Shown: positions 18,664 to 28,427 of the stretch, in pieces
Layout: each line of letters opens with the position of its first letter
Numbering within the stretch: position 1 is the first letter of the stretch
Assembly: GCA_963783305.1 (NCBI GenBank)
Contig: CAWAMW010000002.1
Location: forward strand, 96,001 to 160,000
Reading direction: 5' to 3'
DNA from: an uncultured Gemmatimonadales bacterium
GTDB lineage: Bacteria; Gemmatimonadota; Gemmatimonadetes; Longimicrobiales; RSA9
Length of the DNA stretch: 64,000 nucleotides
The notes under the pieces: model-generated
Seen by the model: the letters and a program-made list of their open reading frames with translations, nothing else
What the model was told of the DNA's origin: nothing
Database searches by the model: none
Program-made: the position numbers and the translations under genes

Positions 18664-18713
18664 TCGGCCCTGAACGGGTCGCGACAGGATCCGCGAGGCA
18701 ATGGCCTCGCCGC

Positions 18714-18786
18714 TGCCCCTTGGTGTAACTGGCAACACGTCTGATTCTGGATCAGAAGAGTCCTGGTTCGAGCCCAGGAGGGGCAA
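18714..18786 (+). tRNA. tRNA-Gln (CTG)
   Basis: U1-A72 acceptor, loop TTCTGGA. Confidence 0.93.
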
Positions 18787-18922
18787 CTGAAGGCACCGGA
18801 TCAGGCGAACCGGGGGTTCGCTGATCCGGGATGGAGGTCGCTCACGGGACCGCTCGCGAAGCGAGTGGGACCGGGAGCAACAGGAGCCACGGCCTGTTGG
18901 GCGTGGTGATGGTGATCGGCCT

Positions 18923-19009
18923 GGAGAGGTGGCCGAGTGGCTTAAGGCGGCGCCCTGCTAAGGCGTTTGGGCCGAAAGGCTCTCGAGGGTTCGAATCCCT
19001 CCCTCTCCG
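18923..19009 (+). tRNA. tRNA-Ser (GCT)
   Basis: Long variable arm, loop CTGCTAA. Confidence 0.95.
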
Positions 19010-19050
19010 CTCGGCAGGACGCGGCGGCTCCCGGGCCGACGTACGAGTCT

Positions 19051-19135
19051 GGACGGGTGTCCGAGCGGCTTAAGGAGCACGATTGGAAATCGTGTGGGGC
19101 GCAAGCTCTCGTGGGTTCGAATCCCACCCCGTCCG
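19051..19135 (+). tRNA. tRNA-Ser (GGA)
   Basis: Long variable arm, loop TTGGAAA. Confidence 0.95.
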
Positions 19136-19210
19136 CTGGACGCAGGACACCCGGCAGGCAGGACCGTCGGATGCTGGACCGCAGGAAGCGTGACCGCACC
19201 ATAGCAGGAT

Positions 19211-19284
19211 CGGGGAGTAGCTCAGCCCGGTAGAGCACTGCGTTCGGGACGCAGGGGTCGCAGGTTCAAATCCTGTCTCCCCGA
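19211..19284 (+). tRNA. tRNA-Pro (CGG)
   Basis: CGGGGAG acceptor, loop TTCGGGA. Confidence 0.95.
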
Positions 19285-19296
19285 CTGGGTAAACGC

Positions 19297-19335
19297 AAAA
19301 GCGCCGCAGGCCGTCATGGCCTGCGGCGCTTTTTC
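19297..19335. terminator. Bidirectional intrinsic terminator closing the tRNA cluster
   Basis: AAAAGCGCCGCAGGCC-gtcat-GGCCTGCGGCGCTTTTT. Confidence 0.9.
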
Positions 19336-19350
19336 GTTCTGGCGGTGCAA

Positions 19351-19737
19351 TCAGCCCAGGACGTTCCCCGGCAGGGTCTCGGGGATGTAGTGGCGAGCGG
19401 CGAGCAGGTCCTCGTCGTCGAGGTCGGGGATCCGGGCGTCCGCGTAGTGCATGCAGGCGCGGCGGCGGTGGTCGTCCGACCCGTCGCCGGTGACGAGGCT
19501 CTCGGTACGGTAATCGACGCCCTGCACCCCCACATGGCGGCGGGGGGATTCCCACCTGGCGAGCTGATCCGGAAGCCGCGTCAGCTCGAGGAGCGCGCGG
19601 ACCCCCTCCGACTCCCACCCGGCGAGCCGCGCGGCGAGAACGTCAGGGCGTTCCGCGGCCAGGACTTCAAGGCGGGCTGCGGCCCTTATCGCGATCTCCG
19701 CGGCCACCTGCTGTTCGACATGCTCAACGCTTGCCAT
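19351..19737 (-). CDS. Hypothetical protein (128 aa)
   Basis: MASVEHVEQQVAAEIAIR...; purine-rich RBS, ends at the terminator; no family recognised. Confidence 0.6.
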   Translation of the reverse strand: MASVEHVEQQVAAEIAIRAAARLEVLAAERPDVLAARLAGWESEGVRALLELTRLPDQLARWESPRRHVGVQGVDYRTESLVTGDGSDDHRRRACMHYADARIPDLDDEDLLAARHYIPETLPGNVLG

Positions 19738-19951
19738 GTGGATCTTCCCCCTCCACTGCGGCGCTCCACCACCTCGTCCCGTTCGGCGGCGCCCCTGGGA
19801 AACACAAAAAGCTCCGACGACACAGTCTGCGTCGACGGAGTTCTGAAACCCTCCCGGTTTTTTCCTGCACTTCAATATAGCATGGGCCGGCGGGACCGGA
19901 AGCCCCACTTCAGACCCGCCCGGGCTCACCGCCTCCCGCACCTGCCCCTCG

Positions 19952-20608
19952 TCACGCCGACCCTGCGTCGGGCTGCCCGCGCCGATAGTCCCGGAACCGG
20001 TTTATCACGTCGCCCATCTGCTCCCGCGACAGCACCGTGGGCTCGCCCACCTGGAGCGCACGCCAGTACGCGCCGGCGAGGAACTCGACCTCCACCGCCA
20101 GTTCCAGCGCGGCCGAGGGCGACTCCCCGAGCGCCAGCATCCCGTGGTTCGCCAGCAGGCATGCACACCGCCCGTCCAGCGCCTCCAGGGCCAGCGCTGC
20201 CAGCTCGGGCGTCCCGAACGGCGCGTAGGGCGCGCAGCGGATCGAGTGACCCCCGGCCACGGCCACCATGTAGTGAAAGGCGGGGATCTCCACCCCCAGG
20301 CAGGCCAGCGCCGTGCAGAACGGCGCGTGCGCGTGGAGCACCGCGTGAATCCCGGGCCGCGCATCCAGAATGCCCGCATGCATCCGCCACTCCGTCGACG
20401 GCTTGCCGCCACGCTTCACCCGGCCGTCCAACGTCATCGACACGACATCCGCCGGCGTCATCTCGTCGTACGGCACCGCCGAAGGCGTAATGAGCATGCC
20501 GCCCGATACGCGCGCGCTGACGTTCCCGGACGTGCCCTGGTTCAGCCCCCGTTCGCCCATGGCCCGGGCGACCCGGAGGATCTCCGCCGCCCCCTCTTGC
20601 CGCTCCAT
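19952..20608 (-). CDS. Class II aldolase (FucA/Ald2-like), probable methylthio-/5-deoxy-ribulose-1-phosphate aldolase
   Basis: GTSGNVS, ITPS, PSTEWRMH, HAH, LLANHG; TGATG coupling to mtnA. Confidence 0.85.
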   Translation of the reverse strand: MERQEGAAEILRVARAMGERGLNQGTSGNVSARVSGGMLITPSAVPYDEMTPADVVSMTLDGRVKRGGKPSTEWRMHAGILDARPGIHAVLHAHAPFCTALACLGVEIPAFHYMVAVAGGHSIRCAPYAPFGTPELAALALEALDGRCACLLANHGMLALGESPSAALELAVEVEFLAGAYWRALQVGEPTVLSREQMGDVINRFRDYRRGQPDAGSA

Positions 20609-21717
20609 CACGTGTCCCCTCCGTGTCCCGACTGCTCGGGGAAGAGCGCGCTCAGCGATTCCCGACACGCGTCCACCACACCGCGCTCCGTGATCAGCCC
20701 CGTGACGAGCCGCGCCGGTGTGACATCGAAGCCGGGATTCGCTACGGGCGACCCGGGCCCGACCACGCGCACGGCGCGCACCTCGCCCCGGTCCGTCTGG
20801 CCGGTGACCCAGGTCACCTCATCGCCCGACCGCTCCTCGATGGGGATGGCGTCGCCATCGGTGATGGTCCAGTCAATGGAGGAGGAGGGCGCGGCTACGT
20901 AGAACGGGACACCGTTGTCGTGGGCGGCCAGCGCCTTCAGGTAGGTGCCGATCTTGTTGGCCACGTCCCCCGCGGCCGTGGTCCGATCGGTCCCGACGAT
21001 GCAGACGTCGACGCGGCCGCGCTGCATGAGGTGACCGCCGGCATTGTCCACGATGACGGTGTGGGGCACGCCCTGGTTCGCCAGCTCCCATGCGGTGAGG
21101 CTGGCGCCCTGGTTCCGGGGCCGCGTCTCATCGACCCAGACGTGGAGCGGGATCCCTTCCTCATGCGCCCGATAGATGGGCGCGGTAGCGGTCCCCCAGT
21201 CAACGGTGGCGAGCCAGCCGGCGTTGCAGTGCGTCAGCACCTGTACCGGCTGGCCCGCCGGCTTGCGCGCGGCCATCTCCCGGATCAGCTTCAGCCCTGC
21301 GTCGCCGATGCGACGGTTCCTCGACACGTCCTCGTCGGCGATCTCGGTCGCGGCGTTGTAGGCCGCGGGGGCGCGATCCCCGGGGTCGCGGTCGCGGACG
21401 GCGGCGATCACGCGGTCGAGGGCCCAGCGCAGGTTCACGGCGGTGGGGCGGGTGGCGAGGAGCACCTGCCGGGCGACCTCGAGTGCCGCATCGGACGGTG
21501 CCTCGCGGAGCGCCAGGGCCAGGCCGTACGCGGCGGTCGCTCCGATGAGGGGGGCCCCACGCACCTGCATCTGCGCGATGGCCCCGGCGGCCCCTTCCAG
21601 GCTCACGAGCCGCGGAGCCCGGAACCGGTGCGGGAGGAGGGTCTGGTCGATGATGCGGACGGACCAGCCGTCGTCGTCCAGCCAGATACTGCGATGGGGC
21701 ACGCCATCGACGTTCAC
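20608..21717 (-). CDS. mtnA: S-methyl-5-thioribose-1-phosphate isomerase
   Basis: IIDQTLLP, MQVRGAPLIG, TRPTAVNL, LTHCNAGWLA, DETRPRNQG, ANKIGTY, NPGFDVTP; GGAGG then GTG start. Confidence 0.95.
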   Translation of the reverse strand: MNVDGVPHRSIWLDDDGWSVRIIDQTLLPHRFRAPRLVSLEGAAGAIAQMQVRGAPLIGATAAYGLALALREAPSDAALEVARQVLLATRPTAVNLRWALDRVIAAVRDRDPGDRAPAAYNAATEIADEDVSRNRRIGDAGLKLIREMAARKPAGQPVQVLTHCNAGWLATVDWGTATAPIYRAHEEGIPLHVWVDETRPRNQGASLTAWELANQGVPHTVIVDNAGGHLMQRGRVDVCIVGTDRTTAAGDVANKIGTYLKALAAHDNGVPFYVAAPSSSIDWTITDGDAIPIEERSGDEVTWVTGQTDRGEVRAVRVVGPGSPVANPGFDVTPARLVTGLITERGVVDACRESLSALFPEQSGHGGDT

Positions 21718-21819
21718 GGGGCCTCCGGGCCAGGTGGCTCGCCGGCGCCCGTCACCGGCGAGGAGCAGCCTGAACATGCGGTGCGTGGCGGGGACGAAAC
21801 AAGGAGCGGAGGAATCGCG

Positions 21820-22614
21820 ATGGAGCGACTGGGGATCATCGGCGGGAGCGCATTCCTCGAGGGTCTGCCGGATGGGTCCGAGGAACGGCTGGTACGCACG
21901 GATCGCGGGGAGGTCGCGGTATGCATGGGCGACGGCTATGTCTTCCTGCGGCGCCACGGCCACGACGGCTATCGCCCGGCGCATCGCCTGGACCACCATG
22001 CGCACGTGCTCGCACTGGAGGAGCTCGGAGTGCGACGGGTGGTCTCGGTGTGCTCCGTGGGCGCGCTGAACCCGTCGCATCGGCCGGGCACGGTCCTGGT
22101 GCCCGAGGACTACATGTCGCTCCAGGCGCCGCCCACCTTTGCGCTCGACGAGCGCCTCCACGTCATCCCGCTCCTTGACTCCACCCTCCGCGCCCGGCTC
22201 GTCTCGCTCAGCCGGAGGGTGGCGGAAGGAGAGGACGGCTGGCAGGAGACCACGGCGATCGCCGCCGCGCGGAGCGACATCCGGGATGGCGGCGTGTACG
22301 CCGAGACGAGGGGACCCCGCTTCGAGACCCGGGCGGAGATCCGGCTCCTCGCCGATTACGCCGACGTGGTGGGGATGACCGCGGCGTCCGAGGCCACGCT
22401 GCTGCAGGAACGCGGCATCGCCTCGGCGATCCTCTGCATCGTCGACAATTACGCGCACGGTATCGGTGCCCGGCCCCTCACGTTCGAGGCGTTCGAGCGC
22501 CAGCTGGGGCAGAACCGCCAGCGTGTGTTCGCCCTGGTCCGCGCTCTCATGGCGGATGGCCCCGCGCTGGCCGCCCCCGCCCCCGCCCCCGCCGACACCG
22601 GGACCAACGCGTGA
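21820..22614 (+). CDS. mtnP: MTAP-family purine nucleoside phosphorylase, probably methylthioinosine-specific
   Basis: GIIGGS, RRHG, SVGAL, GPRFETRAE, VVGMT; IVDNYAHG at the purine-specificity site. Confidence 0.85.
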   Translation: MERLGIIGGSAFLEGLPDGSEERLVRTDRGEVAVCMGDGYVFLRRHGHDGYRPAHRLDHHAHVLALEELGVRRVVSVCSVGALNPSHRPGTVLVPEDYMSLQAPPTFALDERLHVIPLLDSTLRARLVSLSRRVAEGEDGWQETTAIAAARSDIRDGGVYAETRGPRFETRAEIRLLADYADVVGMTAASEATLLQERGIASAILCIVDNYAHGIGARPLTFEAFERQLGQNRQRVFALVRALMADGPALAAPAPAPADTGTNA

Positions 22615-23918
22615 CGCTCCTCATCCGCAACGCTGTGGTCAATGGCGTGCCCACGTCCATCGGGGTTCGCGACGGGACGATCGAGTTCGTGGGGGCGGAT
22701 CCGGTCCACTCCTCCAGCGGCGAGCGGAAGCGACCGGAGTGGGACGCCCCGGACCGGGTGATCGACGCCACGGGGCTGCACGCCTTCCCTTCGCTGCACA
22801 ACGGCCACACTCACGCCGGCATGACCCTCTTCCGCGGCTGGGGCGACGACCTCCCCCTCATGGAGTGGCTCCGCGATCACGTCTGGCCGGCGGAAGAGCG
22901 CATGACCGCCGAGGACGTCTATCAGGGCACCCGTCTGGCCGCTCTCGAGATGATCCGCTCCGGCACCACGTACTTCAACGATATGTACTGGTACGCCAAT
23001 GCCATCGCCCGGGCCGTGGACGAGTTGGGGATCCGTGCGCACCTCGCCTCGGTCTTCATCGACCACGGCAGCGATGAGGTGGCCCGGCGCTGGCGGGAGG
23101 ATGTGCTGCGGAACGTGGAGCGCCGCGACGGCTTCGGGTCCCGGCTCCAGCTCTCCCTCGCCCCGCACGCCATCTACACGGTCTCCTCGGAGAACCTCGA
23201 GTGGCTGGGCCGGCTCGCGCGTGATCACAACCTGATCCTGCACATCCACCTGTCGGAGACCCGGGGTGAGGTGGAGGAGTGCCTCGCGGAGCACGGGGTC
23301 CGGCCCACGCACCTCCTCGAGCGGGTTGGGCTCCTCGGGCCCAACCTGGTCGCCGCACACGGCGTCTTCCTGGATGCCGAGGAGCTCCACATGCTCGGGG
23401 AGGCCGGCGCCACGGTGGTGCATAACCCGGCCGCAAACATGAAGCTCGCCACGGGTGGGATCTTCGACTATGACGCCGCGAAGCTGGCGGGGGTACGGGT
23501 CGTCCTGGGCACCGACGGCCCGGGCTCGAACAACAACCTGGACCTGATGGAGGAGATGAAGCTCGCGGCGCTGGTCCAGAAGCATCGGTCCGGGGACGCC
23601 ACCTCGTTGCCGGCGGCCGAAGCGCTGGCGATGGTCACCACGTCGGCCGCGCGCGCGTTCCGCGTGGGGAGCGGCCGGCTCGAGGCCGGCGAGCCCGGGG
23701 ATCTGATCCTCGTGGACTTCTCCGCCCCGTCCACCCAACCGCTCCACGATCCGGTGTCCACGCTGGTGTACGCCGCCCACGGCGCCGCGGTGCATACGAC
23801 CATCTGCGATGGCCGCGTTCTCATGTACGACCGCGTGATCGAGGTGGCCGACGAAGCGGAGATCCTGCGGGAAGCCGCCCGCGCGGCGCGCGACCTGGTC
23901 CAGCGCGTGGGGACGTAG
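22611..23918 (+). CDS. mtaD: Amidohydrolase, MTA/SAH/5'-deoxyadenosine deaminase family
   Basis: NGHTH, LMEWL, PHAIYT, HIHLSET, HNPAANMKLA, LGTDGPGSNNNLD; coupled to the phosphorylase. Confidence 0.8.
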   Translation: MTLLIRNAVVNGVPTSIGVRDGTIEFVGADPVHSSSGERKRPEWDAPDRVIDATGLHAFPSLHNGHTHAGMTLFRGWGDDLPLMEWLRDHVWPAEERMTAEDVYQGTRLAALEMIRSGTTYFNDMYWYANAIARAVDELGIRAHLASVFIDHGSDEVARRWREDVLRNVERRDGFGSRLQLSLAPHAIYTVSSENLEWLGRLARDHNLILHIHLSETRGEVEECLAEHGVRPTHLLERVGLLGPNLVAAHGVFLDAEELHMLGEAGATVVHNPAANMKLATGGIFDYDAAKLAGVRVVLGTDGPGSNNNLDLMEEMKLAALVQKHRSGDATSLPAAEALAMVTTSAARAFRVGSGRLEAGEPGDLILVDFSAPSTQPLHDPVSTLVYAAHGAAVHTTICDGRVLMYDRVIEVADEAEILREAARAARDLVQRVGT

Positions 23919-23959
23919 AGGCCTGCCGCACGGCATGCCCCCGAAGCACCGCCTGCGGT

Positions 23960-24517
23960 TCAGCCGCCCGGGGGCCCGCTCCTCACCGGCGCTACGACCT
24001 GGACGGAGTTCCCGCTCCGGAGCCGGAGCGTCAGCGGCACGCTGTCGCCCTCCCCCAGGGGCTGGTGGATCCCGATCAGCATGACGTGGAAGCCACCCGG
24101 CTCCAGCACCGCCTCGCCGCCGGCCGGGACCGGGATGCTGTCCACCGCACGCATCCGCATCACGCCGCCATCCATGGTCACGCTATGGAGCTCGGCCGTA
24201 TCCGCCACCTCCGTGTCCACTCGCATGATCGCGTCCGCCTGCTCACCGGCGTTCCGTAACACGAAATAGGCGGCGCTGTTCACCGGCGGCGCATCCGGAT
24301 CATCGCTGCCCTCGGGGCGGATGGCCGTGCGTACCCACGGCTCCATGGCGCTGAGACCCGACGGATCCGTGGCCCAGCTCGCTTCCATCGTGGCGGCCGC
24401 GTTCCCGTCCGGCTCCGCGTCGGGCGCGGCCTCGGATCCTCCATCGCACGCCGCGATCCCGGAAGCGAGAACGATGAGTGCGAAAGTCCCGGCGCGTATG
24501 TGCAGCGTCGTATTCAT
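23960..24517 (-). CDS. Copper chaperone PCu(A)C lipoprotein
   Basis: Lipobox IAAC; AELH..MRM..LEPGGFHVML. Confidence 0.9.
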   Translation of the reverse strand: MNTTLHIRAGTFALIVLASGIAACDGGSEAAPDAEPDGNAAATMEASWATDPSGLSAMEPWVRTAIRPEGSDDPDAPPVNSAAYFVLRNAGEQADAIMRVDTEVADTAELHSVTMDGGVMRMRAVDSIPVPAGGEAVLEPGGFHVMLIGIHQPLGEGDSVPLTLRLRSGNSVQVVAPVRSGPPGG

Positions 24518-24519
24518 GC

Positions 24520-25122
24520 TCAGCTCCCCAGCATTGCGGCAAGATCCTGCGCCATCTCGGGCGCGGTCACGGTGGGCGACCAGAGGAGCTCCACCTGCCC
24601 CTCCTCGTTCAGCACGACGATCGTCGCGGAGTGGTCCACCAGGTAGCCGGTGGCCTCGCTGCCCTCCGCCTTCGCGTAGTAAATCCCGTATTGCGCCGCC
24701 ACATCGGCGATCTCTTCAGGGGTCCCGGTGATCCCCAGGAAGGACGGGTGGACAGCCCGGGCGTACGCGGACGTCCGCTCCGGCGAGTCGCGCTCCGGGT
24801 CCACGCTCACGAACACCACCTGCACCCGGTCACGGTCGTCCCCCAGCTGCTCGAGCGCCGTGTTGAGACGGAGCAGCGTCGTGGGGCAGACATCCGGACA
24901 CAATGTATAGCCGAAGAAAAGCGGCGAGACCTTCCCCTCGAGATCCTCCCGCGTGACCGGGCCATCGGCGGAGCGGAGCGTAAAGTCGGCCGCTGGCATC
25001 GCCGGCGAAAGGTGCGTGCCGTGATACGTCACGGGCGCGTCGAAAGCGCCCGCCACCATCAGCACGGCCGCGAGCACGCCGAGGCCGGCGAGGAGTGCGA
25101 GTACGGCTTTCCTGGAAATCAT
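24520..25122 (-). CDS. SCO family copper chaperone
   Basis: FGYTLCPDVCP, SVDPERD, YLVDHS. Confidence 0.92.
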   Translation of the reverse strand: MISRKAVLALLAGLGVLAAVLMVAGAFDAPVTYHGTHLSPAMPAADFTLRSADGPVTREDLEGKVSPLFFGYTLCPDVCPTTLLRLNTALEQLGDDRDRVQVVFVSVDPERDSPERTSAYARAVHPSFLGITGTPEEIADVAAQYGIYYAKAEGSEATGYLVDHSATIVVLNEEGQVELLWSPTVTAPEMAQDLAAMLGS

Positions 25123-25124
25123 GG

Positions 25125-25799
25125 TCAGTTCGAATAGCAGGCGAAAAGGTGCGCGGCCTCGTACGCCAGCTTCGCGGCGCCCTCCGAGGCCTGCGCCTCG
25201 CGCGCGATCACGCGCAGGTCCTTCAGCAGTCCCTCCACCGACGGCATCCCCCAGCGGTATTCCCGCCGCAGGATCCCGTTCCCGTCCACGATCATGAAGC
25301 CCGGGCTATACTCCAGAAGGCCGTCGTCATTGCGGCCGTAGTAGAGGCCGAAACCGGTGCCCACCAGCGTCTTGAGGGCCGCGGCGTCACCCGTGGCGAG
25401 CGTCCACACCGCCGGGTCCGCGCCCCGCCGGCGCGCCACCGAGTCCAGCACCGCCGGCAAGTCACGCTCCGGGTCGATGGAAATCGTAACGAGCCGGACC
25501 GGGATCTCGCCTAGCTCCACTTCCCCGAGCCGCTCCTGGAGCTCTCCGAAGATCGAGTCCGCAGGGTAACAGCGGCCGTCGCACGTGGTGTAGCCCGTGG
25601 TGTAGATGGCGATCGCGCCCCGCAGATCCTCGCTGGTCAGTGGAGAACCGCTCTGGTCCACCAGCGAGTACCCCGGCGCCAGCCCCAGACGCGGTACCAC
25701 CTTCACCGGCTGGAACACGGCAAAGCCCATGATCGTCGCTACGAGCAGCCCGACCACGATCCCGCCCGCCATCAGCAGCTTTCTGCGACCCGGATTCAT
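25125..25799 (-). CDS. SCO-like protein lacking the usual His ligand
   Basis: GYTTCDGRC, SIDPERD; LEYSPG where the neighbour has VDHSAT. Confidence 0.8.
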   Translation of the reverse strand: MNPGRRKLLMAGGIVVGLLVATIMGFAVFQPVKVVPRLGLAPGYSLVDQSGSPLTSEDLRGAIAIYTTGYTTCDGRCYPADSIFGELQERLGEVELGEIPVRLVTISIDPERDLPAVLDSVARRRGADPAVWTLATGDAAALKTLVGTGFGLYYGRNDDGLLEYSPGFMIVDGNGILRREYRWGMPSVEGLLKDLRVIAREAQASEGAAKLAYEAAHLFACYSN

Positions 25800-25944
25800 C
25801 CCCTCACGTTCGCGCAGCCGCCGCCCTCGCGCAACCGCTCGGCTCCACGGATCATACCGCGGCTCCGGGGGTTGAAAGGTCACCCGGCAACGGGTAACTT
25901 CCTACGCTGGATCGGCGCCGGTCACGGCACGCCGGATCCGCTCA

Positions 25945-26028
25945 GGAGGCGTAGCTCAAATTGGTACGGCACCGCACTCGAAATGCGGCGGGCGCAAGCC
26001 CTTGGGGGTTCGAATCCCTCCGCCTCCG
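25945..26028 (+). tRNA. tRNA-Ser (CGA)
   Basis: GGAGGCG/CGCCTCC acceptor, loop CTCGAAA, long variable arm; TTGAAA-17-TAACTT promoter near 25872. Confidence 0.92.
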
Positions 26029-26063
26029 CTGGACGATGTGGCAGAACAGGTTGGATGGAGAAA

Positions 26064-26103
26064 GAGACCCTCGGGGCGGATGGCCTTCGGGGGTCTGCTT
26101 TCT
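26064..26103 (+). terminator. Probable terminator after tRNA-Ser(CGA)
   Basis: AGACCCTCGGGG...CCTTCGGGGGTCT followed by a T run. Confidence 0.55.
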
Positions 26104-26154
26104 CCCCGTAGATTCCAGTCAGGAGCGACATTTTTGCACAGTTCCCGCGGGCGG

Positions 26155-27537
26155 ATGATGGGGCGCGGCGGCCGGGTGACGTTGGGAGCGTGGCTCAGGA
26201 GCGCGGTCGGCGCGACCGTTCTCGCACTCGGCGGCTGCTCCGCCGCGGCCACCGCCGTGCCGGCGGGACCCGCGCCGGAGCCCATCGCGCCGGAGCTGGC
26301 CGAGGCGGTGTTCGACTCCGCCTGGGCGCGGATCCACGAGAGCTACTACGACACGACGTTTGCGGGGCTCGACTGGCTGGCGGTGCGCGATGAGCTGCGG
26401 CCCGTCGCGCGGGCGGCCGGCACGGCCGACTCTCTGCGGGTCGTGATCACCGGCATGCTGAACCGGCTGGGCGACAGCCACATGGTCTTGATCCCGGCAT
26501 CGGTTGCGGACCGTATCGATCCGGACGCGATCCGTGGCAAGCCCGGGGAGCCGGGCAATGTCGGTCTCGAGGTGCGGGTGGTGGAGGACGAGCTCACGAT
26601 CTTCCGGGTGCGGCCGGGGAGCGTGGCGGCGGAGGCGGGCGTGCGGCCGGGGTGGACGATCATGTCCGTGGACGGTATGCCTGCGGAGCGCCTACTGCAG
26701 GTGATGGAAGCCATGCCAGACAACCGTCGGCTGGCGGAAGCGCGCATCGCGTGGGCTGCGGAGTCCCGGCTCGGATCGACGGTCGGGGACACCGTTGTCG
26801 CCCAGTTCCGTACCGGCGACGGGGCGACCGTGGACCTCCGTCTCCAGCCGGAGTCGATGCCGGGACGGCCGGTGAGATTCGGCAACCTGCCCACCATGTT
26901 CGCCGACCTCCAGTATAGGGAAGTTCCGATTGCGGATGGCTGCGCGGGCATTATCGCGTTCAACGTCTGGATGACGCCTATCCTGCCGGACCTGGCGAAA
27001 GCCGTCGAGGCGCTGAGACACTGCGATGGGATGGTTCTCGACCTGCGTGGGAACCCTGGCGGGGTGGGCGGGATGGTCATGGCCGTATCGGGCTATTTCA
27101 TGGACGAGCAGCAGCCGCTCGGCCGCCTGATCACCCGGGACAACGAGCTGAGCTTCGTCTCCATGCCGCGGCGAGTGAACTCAATGGGAGAGGCGATGGA
27201 GCCGTACGGCGGGCCACTGGCGCTCCTGGTGGACGGCCTGAGCATGTCCACGAGCGAAATCTTCGCTGCAGGGCTGCAGGAAGTCGGACGCGCCCGGGTA
27301 TTCGGTGAGATTTCCGGGGGGCAGGCGCTGCCGTCGCTCATGGTACGGCTGCCGAACCGCGATGTGCTCCAGCATGCCTTCGCGGACCTGGTGACCCCGG
27401 CCGGTGTGCGTATCGAAGGTCGGGGCGTCGTTCCCGACCAGGTGGTGGCGCTGGATCGACAGGCACTCCTCGCCGGTGGGGATCCCCCGCTGGACGCGGC
27501 ACTGGAATGGATCGAATCCCGATCCGGCCCGCGTTGA
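26155..27537 (+). CDS. S41 family (CtpA-like) peptidase lipoprotein with PDZ domain
   Basis: Lipobox LGGC, LGDSH, DLRGNPGG, SMSTSEIFA, IEGRGVVPD. Confidence 0.88.
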   Translation: MMGRGGRVTLGAWLRSAVGATVLALGGCSAAATAVPAGPAPEPIAPELAEAVFDSAWARIHESYYDTTFAGLDWLAVRDELRPVARAAGTADSLRVVITGMLNRLGDSHMVLIPASVADRIDPDAIRGKPGEPGNVGLEVRVVEDELTIFRVRPGSVAAEAGVRPGWTIMSVDGMPAERLLQVMEAMPDNRRLAEARIAWAAESRLGSTVGDTVVAQFRTGDGATVDLRLQPESMPGRPVRFGNLPTMFADLQYREVPIADGCAGIIAFNVWMTPILPDLAKAVEALRHCDGMVLDLRGNPGGVGGMVMAVSGYFMDEQQPLGRLITRDNELSFVSMPRRVNSMGEAMEPYGGPLALLVDGLSMSTSEIFAAGLQEVGRARVFGEISGGQALPSLMVRLPNRDVLQHAFADLVTPAGVRIEGRGVVPDQVVALDRQALLAGGDPPLDAALEWIESRSGPR

Positions 27538-27566
27538 TGCAACAGCAACTCTCGAAGGAGAAGCAC

Positions 27567-28346
27567 ATGACGAACGGGAAGACCATGCCTGCGGCCGTGG
27601 CGGCGGCGTTCGTGTTCGCCTTTTCGCCGGTTTCGCTGCCGGCACAGGAGCAGCTCCCGCCCGCCGCGGAGATCATCGACCGCTATGTCGAAGCGATCGG
27701 TGGCCGCGATGCCGTCCTCGGGCACACGGGCAGCCACTCCACGGCGACCTTCAGCATGCCCATGGCCGGGATCGAAGCGGATATGGACGTCCTGTCCTCT
27801 ACCGAGCCGATCCGGTCGATCACCATCATAGAGATACCGGGAATCGGCACCATCCAGGAAGGATACACGGGTGAATACGCTTGGTCGATGGACCCGAACA
27901 TGGGACCGCGGCTCCTGGAGGGACGGGAGCTGGAGGCGGCCCGAGAGGGCGCGATGATAGGGGCAGGTCTGCGGGATCCGTCGCTGTTCACCGAGCGGAC
28001 GACCGCCGGCCGCACCGAGATGAACAACGAGGCATGCTACCGGGTGAAGCTGGTATGGAAGAGTGGCCGCGAGACCCACGACTGCTACAGCGTCGAGACG
28101 GGGCTGCTCGTGGCTGTGGAAGCTACACAGCCGACTCCGATGGGTGATATCCCGGTCGTTTCCCTCATGGGCGAGTACACGGAGTTCGGCGACGTCCTGA
28201 GCCCCACCCGCGTGGTCCAGCAGATGATGGGTCAGGAACAGGTGATTACGATCCACACGGTGGAGTACGGTGAGATCGACGAGGAAGGGTTCGCTCCGCC
28301 GGCGGCGATACAGACCCTGATAGAACAGAAAGAGTCGGGCGGCTGA
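27567..28346 (+). CDS. Exported hypothetical protein (LolA-like/outer-membrane-sorting-like fold suspected)
   Basis: AAGGAG RBS, signal peptide, IIDRYVEAIGG N-terminal motif. Confidence 0.7.
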   Translation: MTNGKTMPAAVAAAFVFAFSPVSLPAQEQLPPAAEIIDRYVEAIGGRDAVLGHTGSHSTATFSMPMAGIEADMDVLSSTEPIRSITIIEIPGIGTIQEGYTGEYAWSMDPNMGPRLLEGRELEAAREGAMIGAGLRDPSLFTERTTAGRTEMNNEACYRVKLVWKSGRETHDCYSVETGLLVAVEATQPTPMGDIPVVSLMGEYTEFGDVLSPTRVVQQMMGQEQVITIHTVEYGEIDEEGFAPPAAIQTLIEQKESGG

Positions 28347-28427
28347 CGTGCCAGGCCGGCCCCGGCCGTCGAGGCAGGGGCCGGCCGACGCGCTCGACCC
28401 ACGGTAACGACCGCCCGTCCCCCCCGC

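Noticed and set aside
18787..18922. SRP or other known ncRNA in the Gln-Ser spacer
   Set aside because: Simple local hairpins only; the conserved SRP domain IV motif was not seen
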